Shown here: in pieces, positions 57,535 through 64,000 of the stretch
Numbering within the stretch: position 1 is the stretch's first letter
Layout of the letters: every line of letters begins with the position of its first letter
IMG/VR virus record: IMGVR_UViG_3300030330_006022
Span: 32,001-96,000 of that record
Length of the DNA: 64,000 nucleotides
Reading direction: 5' to 3' (one strand)
Source: a virus
Lineage: Duplodnaviria > Caudoviricetes
Translations under genes and position numbers: made by a program
Notes under the pieces: generated by a model
Told to the model about the DNA's origin: nothing
Database searches by the model: none
Seen by the model: only the letters and a program-made list of their open reading frames with translations

Positions 57535-60500
57535 ATGAGCAATATACCTTTAGACTTTGTTGGTTTAAATACATTAGTAAAAGAAGAGATAGACCCAGAT
57601 ACAAATACAATAGGAAACACAAATGCAAAAGCATTAAAGTTTAATAAGACTGATGAGATATACAATTTAGAGCTAACCCAATCAGCTGGGTATTCTTATT
57701 TGGTAAATTACGGTGCGCAGGGATATACTCAAACAGGCCCTTTGTCTTATTCTTTTTGGATAAAAATGAACTGGGATGCGCTTTCTAGTTTGACAATACC
57801 ATTTGCTTTGATCTCTTCTGGACACTGGACAAATGGTCAATTTTTTACTATCGTACTTTACGAATCTGATGGGTCAAGCCTCACGTACAGAATTAACACA
57901 AATAATACCGGCGGTACCGATACAGTTTTTGATGGGTCAAGAATATTAAATATTGATTTTACTGATTCTAGTTCTAATACAAGAGCTCTTATTAGTCAAG
58001 TTGTTCTTAACGCTTTTGAAGCTTTAAATTTAACTAATTGGCAATTTTCTCGGGAAGGTTTTGGAGAAAACCCCGTCTTTATAAAAGCTACGTCACCATT
58101 ACAAAAAATTACTTTTAATGATGATGATATTGGTGGAGCTATATCTCCCATAAGAACACCTTTGCTTTACAGAATTATCGGCTTTGATACTACAGGAGAT
58201 AGTTTTTTTGGTATAATTAAAGATGATTACTTACTTCACACACCAGGGTTGGCAGATGGTGGAAATAATACTGAATTTATATTTAGGCACTCAGCCAGTG
58301 ATGGAACAATAAAAACAGCCACTTGGGAGTTAAATACTTACCTTAGCGGTCTTGATTGGGCAGGTTGGGACGACTGGGCTCATATAGTCGTTTCTTGGGA
58401 TGGAAACTTTAATAATTCTGTAATACTTTATGTAAATGGAATAAACATAGGAGCAGGATCTCAAAACAGCGTAGACAAAATAGAAAAGAAAGCCATAAGT
58501 CAGATTGCGATAGGTTTTCCAAAATCTATACCAACAGTAACCACATATCACCCTAGTTCTTTAAATGCAGAAATTAAACATGTTGCCACTTACAACAAAA
58601 CGCTAAATCAAAACGATATTGATTTAATATATTCTAACGGGTTTGTAGAAAATATTGCAAAAATATCAACACTAAAACCTTTCATAATAGATTATTGGAA
58701 ATTTGGAGATGACTTATCATTAAACTTTGATGATACAATTCAAAATAATACTGATATTGAACCATCTTATGGAATAAACACATTAAGAACTGTCAACACT
58801 TTTACCATATCAAAAGGCCTAATACCAGAAATAAGAAATAAAGAAGTTCTTTTAACTAAAGTTGTTCGAACAAGAGTGGCAAATGAGTATTTTACTATGA
58901 ACCCAGATTTAGTTGATGATGATGGTAATGTTATATATGTCGACTCAACTAATCAAGTTTTAAGAACAAATGGTCAAATTGAATATGAAGATTATTTAAT
59001 TGCTTTAAATATACACAGAAATGGACCTTATGGGTATTCATCTTTTAAACAAATTAGGGCTCATGAAAACCCTGTTACAAGATATCATAAAAAAAATAAT
59101 ATTTTTTCTTTTTCTCCAGAAGAAGGTTTTAGAAGAACAGTTATCAAAGATGGAAAAGTAATATCTCAACACACAGATAAACGAGGACCAGTAACAAATT
59201 TTGAAAATGAAAGCCCAGTAATAATGAACAAAAAACCCTTTGAAGCAATTGTGGATGTTTTTATAGAACAGGGTGGAGACCAATTTGAAGAAAAAGTAAA
59301 ACTTAAAACATCTTATGCAAGTCAACTGGATTACTTTAACAATGAAATAATAAATCAGCAGCTTGGGTTGGATGAACAAAGAGATCACTTTTATGAAGAA
59401 ATGAAAAGTTTGTATATGGGAGTTGATCCTGAATCTTCAATAGTTACGGGTGTGGATAGCGTAAAGTTATCTCAAACTATTTTTCCAACAGATCTTTATA
59501 CAAATAAATCTTTTACCAAACAAAGACCCAGCTTTAATTCTAATTTTTGGAGAAAAAATAGAAATGATAGGATTCTTTTAGATCAAGATAATGGCTTTGG
59601 GTATTCTGTTCCTTCTCAATCAATGTGGCCTTTAGATGCGGTAGCAAATTTTGAAACTCAAACCCTCATCGGCTCAGATGGAAATTTTAGAATCTTTAGC
59701 CCCTCTTTAGCAAAAGCTATAAATGACGGCGGCACAGTGACAAATGCTTCTAGATTTACATTTCCCGAGTCTCACCCTTCAACCCCAGGCAGTATATTTT
59801 TTGAAGTTGTTAACAAAGGGTCTTTGGCTGCTCGTTTTTACGGAAGACAGAGCAGTCATTATATAGGAACCAATGAAGTAGATGGACTTAACGTAAAATT
59901 AAAAATTGAACCTGCGATTGCTCATCTGTACGATGGATTTAGTAGAGTTGCTACAAATATGAGAACTGCTTTTGTTGGGTCTCCAAATAATTATGACTCT
60001 ACAACAGACTTTACTCTTAACACATACACAAGAAAAGGAGCTTATATAGCTAGAAGTGCTGGTTTACACAACTCATCTAGCCCACAAGTGGCAAGAGTAA
60101 ACTATATGAGAGTAAAAAACATATATTTAGATAATATTAACACAAATGATAGTAATGCTAGATATAGAGCTAAATGGTTAGCTGATTTTAGAAACTGTAC
60201 TTTATCCTACTGGAACGCAGCAGGTGCTGATTCTAGTAATAATACTGGATTTGGTACACTTATGATAGATTTTAGTTCTAGTAAATCACCAGTAGCCCAT
60301 ACTGGCGATGGAGTTGTAACAGGTACTGGAACAAACCGACAAAGTGGTAATGGTCCCGGTGCTCTATCAATATCAGGATCTGGAGATATTGATAAACTAA
60401 GAAGGCACATATTTTTTGCTACAAGTTCTGTTAATGTAAGTTCTACTTCTGGTGGAGGAACTACTACACACTATACCACTACAACAGGTGACAATATGCT

Positions 60501-63500
60501 GGTTGTCAGACTAGGAACAAAATGGACGAAAGATCCAAGTGGTGAAAATCCGGAAGATTATTACGGTAACGTTAGTCACGATCCAGCCCTTGGAATTCAA
60601 TCTGGAGTGGACAACAATGGAGCTGTTGATTTTATTTTTGATGGTATTTTTAGTATAAATAACCCACTTAAACAAACTCATCACAGCACAACTGAACTGG
60701 ATATTACATGTAGAAATTCTAGATATTTAACTTATATACAGTCTCACTTTCTAGTTTCTTTAAAACAAAATCTAGAATCAGATGCTGGTGAAGCAGCTTT
60801 TAGTGCTAGTTGCTATTTAGCAATAAATGGTAAATTTATTGCCCCAACAAGAATCGTAGACCCATATGGATTTTTATCTCGTACTAATTATACCGATGCT
60901 GGTGGTGTAGAGTATGCACCACAAACTTGGACCGCAAAAGATGTTGAACCAACAGATGTTATTTGGTTTCAAGGTGGAGATGGAGTAACTAAAACTTCTG
61001 GTGGTACTCCTATAGCTGAGGTTGAAAATGCTCCAACAAACTTTCAATATTTTTCCGATATAGCATTATTCAAAGGATCTTTAGATCATTCAGAAAACAG
61101 CATGTCAGAAACATTAACAATTAGAAATGGTTCAGGAGCCAGTCAAGATATAACTCTTACTAGAGACAGAAACTCAGCACACGGTTTTTCGTTTAACAAT
61201 ACAATTACAATTGTTGTAAACTTAGCTGCTGCGAACGCTGGTAGCAAGTGTTTAGTAGACTTTTCTGTAAACTCATCAGGAAATATGACAATCGCTATTA
61301 CACCAAATACGGGTCTATCTCCTACATGTTCTAGAACTGCTCTTGTTGCTGCTATTAATGATGGCGAACATTCTGATTTGACCGTAACTGGTCACGATCT
61401 CGTAGACTTTACCGCGGCTGCTGGTGGTGCTTCTGATGGCACTGCTATAGAATCAATGCCAGCTACTAATTTTCCTGGAGCCACAAGGTTCAGTGGTTTT
61501 AATAATTCTTCTATCGGTTTTGTTGGTAAAATACCTTTCATAGCTGGTACAAATGGTGCTGGAGGAGATGAGCAGCAAATTGGAGTACGATATGTTGATT
61601 ACAACACTGCCATGACAAACTTTAACGATCAGGCTACTGGTACTCCTTTAGAAGGTCCATACCTTTGGTACAATTTTGAAAACAATCACAGAGGTGAGGC
61701 TTCCGTTAATCAATATGATGTTTTTGGTTTTGAAGATGTATCCGTTAATACAGCAGTTGCAGCTTCAAGTTATGATTACCTTGCTACAATGGGATATCTA
61801 CACGGTGATTTATCAGGTAAGGGATTTCTAGAAAATCAAAATATACCTGGGCTTGTTGGACCAATAACAACTACGCATCGTTTAAATAATGGATCTTTTG
61901 CTGATTTTATAGCCGCTCCTGGGGATAATCTAGCAACATACACAATAGAACAAGGTCTCATGAGTGATTACTCACCAGCTAGTAATTTTAACTCACCAGT
62001 AGAACCATCTATTCCTCTTGGTGGATTTACAGGAGATAATTCTCGACAAGGACCAGGTGTATTACAAAACTCTTACAGTCAATTTGCTAGAGGTTTGACC
62101 ACTTCTACCCCTCTCGACCTCCAATTATCAGCATCGGCTTTTTACTCTAGAAGACATACATTAACAGCTTCTACTTCTGTTGTTAATCCATTTTTTACAA
62201 ACTTGTCTGGTGGCACAATTCATGGAATAACTGCGTCTCAATTATACTTGGGAACAGCTTTGTGGGAGGCTCCTCAACAAGCAGGATTTTTCAATAACGA
62301 AGGGACATTTGTATCTGCTTCAAAAGATCCTTTCTATGATACATATGGAGAGTATGCTGAAGAAATAACTAAAATAGGAAAAGGCTACTCTGTTGTGCCT
62401 GAGTTTAGAATATCAACTCAAATAGAACACTATTTATCTCAGGGACCTTTGGCAAGTAAGAATGATTTTTTAGAATTAACAGGAGGTTTATCAACACTAC
62501 AGAAAAGTTCACAAAATAATTTTTATAAAATATACACAAATTCAGAATTTATTAAACATTTTAAAGTTGTTAGAGATGATCATAAGAAAATGTTTGATCC
62601 CTACAAAATAACGCTAAGTTGTAAAGCGATTAAAAAGTTTCTTCCTTACAAAGGTTTTTATCCTGCCGAAAGAACAGTTGAAATGGCAAAACAATTTTAT
62701 TCTTCTTATGGTTCTAATGTAATTACAACAGCTAGCATAGGCCTGACAGGAAATAGCTATTTTGCAAATCAAACTTATCCAGTTCAATATTTACTAAATC
62801 CTTTGTTTGGGCCCGGAGTGCTTTACAATACAATCAAGTCAGGTATAGCTTGCGATTATCCAGTAATTACTTCTTCAATGAACACTACCGGAAGTGTTGT
62901 TGGAGATTATCATATAAACGACTTTTTTGACACAAGAATACCATTTGAAGCTTTAGTTGAACCAGAAAAGTATTTAGCAAACAATACTTTATTTTCTAAT
63001 GAGCCCGATCCAAACGGTAATACATTTACAGAAGTTGCATGGAATGGTCAGGGAAACAATCTGTACAAACTACAGATGAATAATTTTCTAGCTGAAGTCG
63101 GAGAATTCTTTTTAGAAAATCAAAATTATACTACAATAACTTCACTACCTCAAGGAGATCCCAACTTTGGTAACGCTGAAGCTGGTAAAGTATATTCAAT
63201 GCGTTTAAAAATGTTTAGAACTATAACTGGTCAAAAATCTTCTGGAAATGGTCCAAAAGGAATTAAGTATGGATTACCTCAAGATACAGGCTCAATGAGT
63301 GAAGCTTTTACTATGTACTCTAGACCATCAGCATTTGGTCCTCCAACAAAAATGTCTGCTTCTTCGTTTACAACAAAAGCATGGAATAAGTTTAAAAAAC
63401 AAAACAGCGTTAATTTTCTTTATAACACAGCATCGACATATGTTGCTGTTACGTCTTCTAATCCAAATGATGGCTATAATTGGCCTTTCACACCTCCATA

Positions 63501-64000
63501 TTATCATGGAGAAGCATGGGCAGACATAACATTTGTTCCACCAAGTGCAGAATCAAAAAAATATACTCTACCTGAAATTATCAACAATTCATCTGTTGAA
63601 TTTTGTAGATATTTTGAAAAAGATCACACACCGGGATCAGCCAAAGCAACAGTAACTATTCAAACTTTGGTACTAACACGAGATATCAAAGGTGTAGACA
63701 CTAGTACAGTTACGGTTGTTTTTGCCGATGATGCTGAAAATCCGGATAATAAATGTTTAGTTGATTTTGCTGTTGTTGATGGTAATACTACAATTACAAT
63801 TACAAGAGATGGTGATGGTACAACTTGCTCTAGAAATGCTTTAAAAGCTGCTATTAACGATGGTTCACATGCCGATTTAATTGTAACAGGCCACAGCCAG
63901 GTTGAGTTTAGTGTTACAAATACACCAACAGATGGAACTAACGCTATGACCGCAGAAACAGTTACTTTTTCTGGTGGAGCAGGTAATTTTTTCAGTTTAG
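57535..64000 (+). CDS. Second giant tail/baseplate protein, >2150 aa, runs off the window (absent from ORF track)
   Basis: GGAG SD, ATG 57535, no in-frame stop to 64000 on manual reading; starts MSNIPLDFVGLN, has an N-terminal LamG (SFWIK..HIVVSWDG..LYVNG). Confidence 0.85.
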   Translation, partial: MSNIPLDFVGLNTLVKEEIDPDTNTIGNTNAKALKFNKTDEIYNLELTQSAGYSYLVNYGAQGYTQTGPLSYSFWIKMNWDALSSLTIPFALISSGHWTNGQFFTIVLYESDGSSLTYRINTNNTGGTDTVFDGSRILNIDFTDSSSNTRALISQVVLNAFEALNLTNWQFSREGFGENPVFIKATSPLQKITFNDDDIGGAISPIRTPLLYRIIGFDTTGDSFFGIIKDDYLLHTPGLADGGNNTEFIFRHSASDGTIKTATWELNTYLSGLDWAGWDDWAHIVVSWDGNFNNSVILYVNGINIGAGSQNSVDKIEKKAISQIAIGFPKSIPTVTTYHPSSLNAEIKHVATYNKTLNQNDIDLIYSNGFVENIAKISTLKPFIIDYWKFGDDLSLNFDDTIQNNTDIEPSYGINTLRTVNTFTISKGLIPEIRNKEVLLTKVVRTRVANEYFTMNPDLVDDDGNVIYVDSTNQVLRTNGQIEYEDYLIALNIHRNGPYGYSSFKQIRAHENPVTRYHKKNNIFSFSPEEGFRRTVIKDGKVISQHTDKRGPVTNFENESPVIMNKKPFEAIVDVFIEQGGDQFEEKVKLKTSYASQLDYFNNEIINQQLGLDEQRDHFYEEMKSLYMGVDPESSIVTGVDSVKLSQTIFPTDLYTNKSFTKQRPSFNSNFWRKNRNDRILLDQDNGFGYSVPSQSMWPLDAVANFETQTLIGSDGNFRIFSPSLAKAINDGGTVTNASRFTFPESHPSTPGSIFFEVVNKGSLAARFYGRQSSHYIGTNEVDGLNVKLKIEPAIAHLYDGFSRVATNMRTAFVGSPNNYDSTTDFTLNTYTRKGAYIARSAGLHNSSSPQVARVNYMRVKNIYLDNINTNDSNARYRAKWLADFRNCTLSYWNAAGADSSNNTGFGTLMIDFSSSKSPVAHTGDGVVTGTGTNRQSGNGPGALSISGSGDIDKLRRHIFFATSSVNVSSTSGGGTTTHYTTTTGDNMLVVRLGTKWTKDPSGENPEDYYGNVSHDPALGIQSGVDNNGAVDFIFDGIFSINNPLKQTHHSTTELDITCRNSRYLTYIQSHFLVSLKQNLESDAGEAAFSASCYLAINGKFIAPTRIVDPYGFLSRTNYTDAGGVEYAPQTWTAKDVEPTDVIWFQGGDGVTKTSGGTPIAEVENAPTNFQYFSDIALFKGSLDHSENSMSETLTIRNGSGASQDITLTRDRNSAHGFSFNNTITIVVNLAAANAGSKCLVDFSVNSSGNMTIAITPNTGLSPTCSRTALVAAINDGEHSDLTVTGHDLVDFTAAAGGASDGTAIESMPATNFPGATRFSGFNNSSIGFVGKIPFIAGTNGAGGDEQQIGVRYVDYNTAMTNFNDQATGTPLEGPYLWYNFENNHRGEASVNQYDVFGFEDVSVNTAVAASSYDYLATMGYLHGDLSGKGFLENQNIPGLVGPITTTHRLNNGSFADFIAAPGDNLATYTIEQGLMSDYSPASNFNSPVEPSIPLGGFTGDNSRQGPGVLQNSYSQFARGLTTSTPLDLQLSASAFYSRRHTLTASTSVVNPFFTNLSGGTIHGITASQLYLGTALWEAPQQAGFFNNEGTFVSASKDPFYDTYGEYAEEITKIGKGYSVVPEFRISTQIEHYLSQGPLASKNDFLELTGGLSTLQKSSQNNFYKIYTNSEFIKHFKVVRDDHKKMFDPYKITLSCKAIKKFLPYKGFYPAERTVEMAKQFYSSYGSNVITTASIGLTGNSYFANQTYPVQYLLNPLFGPGVLYNTIKSGIACDYPVITSSMNTTGSVVGDYHINDFFDTRIPFEALVEPEKYLANNTLFSNEPDPNGNTFTEVAWNGQGNNLYKLQMNNFLAEVGEFFLENQNYTTITSLPQGDPNFGNAEAGKVYSMRLKMFRTITGQKSSGNGPKGIKYGLPQDTGSMSEAFTMYSRPSAFGPPTKMSASSFTTKAWNKFKKQNSVNFLYNTASTYVAVTSSNPNDGYNWPFTPPYYHGEAWADITFVPPSAESKKYTLPEIINNSSVEFCRYFEKDHTPGSAKATVTIQTLVLTRDIKGVDTSTVTVVFADDAENPDNKCLVDFAVVDGNTTITITRDGDGTTCSRNALKAAINDGSHADLIVTGHSQVEFSVTNTPTDGTNAMTAETVTFSGGAGNFFSL

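Noticed and set aside
4-63529. Other short minus-strand and alternate-frame ORFs in the track
   Set aside because: Nested within well-supported plus-strand genes and lacking translation signals
1-64000. Stop-codon reassignment as in some large phages
   Set aside because: TAA, TAG and TGA all end genes cleanly and coding density is high under the standard code
45636-64000. Diversity-generating retroelement or inteins in the giant proteins
   Set aside because: No reverse transcriptase, no near-identical adenine-variable repeat pair, no intein splice-junction or LAGLIDADG motifs noticed

Overview
A 64-kb, AT-rich, almost entirely plus-strand segment of a large contractile-tailed (myovirus-type, probably jumbo) bacteriophage that uses the standard genetic code. 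No tRNA, rRNA, CRISPR array or intact mobile element was seen. From left to right: (1) 1-14 kb holds two short-signal lipoproteins (thioredoxin-like, vWA), a set of basic/acidic proteins studded with [ILV]-x-E motifs that look like protease-matured internal head proteins, a HAD-Nudix fusion, a Fis-like protein, a eukaryote-type phosphomannomutase, an HNH nuclease and a cytidylyltransferase. (2) 14-16.8 kb holds PIN-PhoH, a HExxH protein and a Cas4-like nuclease. (3) 16.9-29.3 kb is a 14-gene glycan island: six glycosyltransferases including GT10/GT11-like, FabH, a FabG-like SDR, an acyltransferase, a PhyH-type dioxygenase, a PLP aminotransferase, an Fcl-like enzyme, two epimerases and a DUF962 protein. 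It runs on into a phage sigma factor. (4) 30.7-64 kb is a baseplate/tail module: CHAP-like protein, HxH spike, a 2909-aa protein, gp25-like, gp6-like, a 3965-aa LamG protein, and a >2150-aa ORF running off the end that the ORF track misses. The best leads are a candidate virion O-glycosylation system (the island plus a strongly repeated [S/T]-[G/A]-S motif in outer tail proteins), a seven-deep nested (Russian-doll) domain stalk in the 3965-aa protein, a candidate late promoter CTANTTA with apparently leaderless starts, and convergent consensus promoters with a hidden 27-aa antisense peptide at about 3.1 kb. All product calls come from motifs read by eye; no database searches were run.
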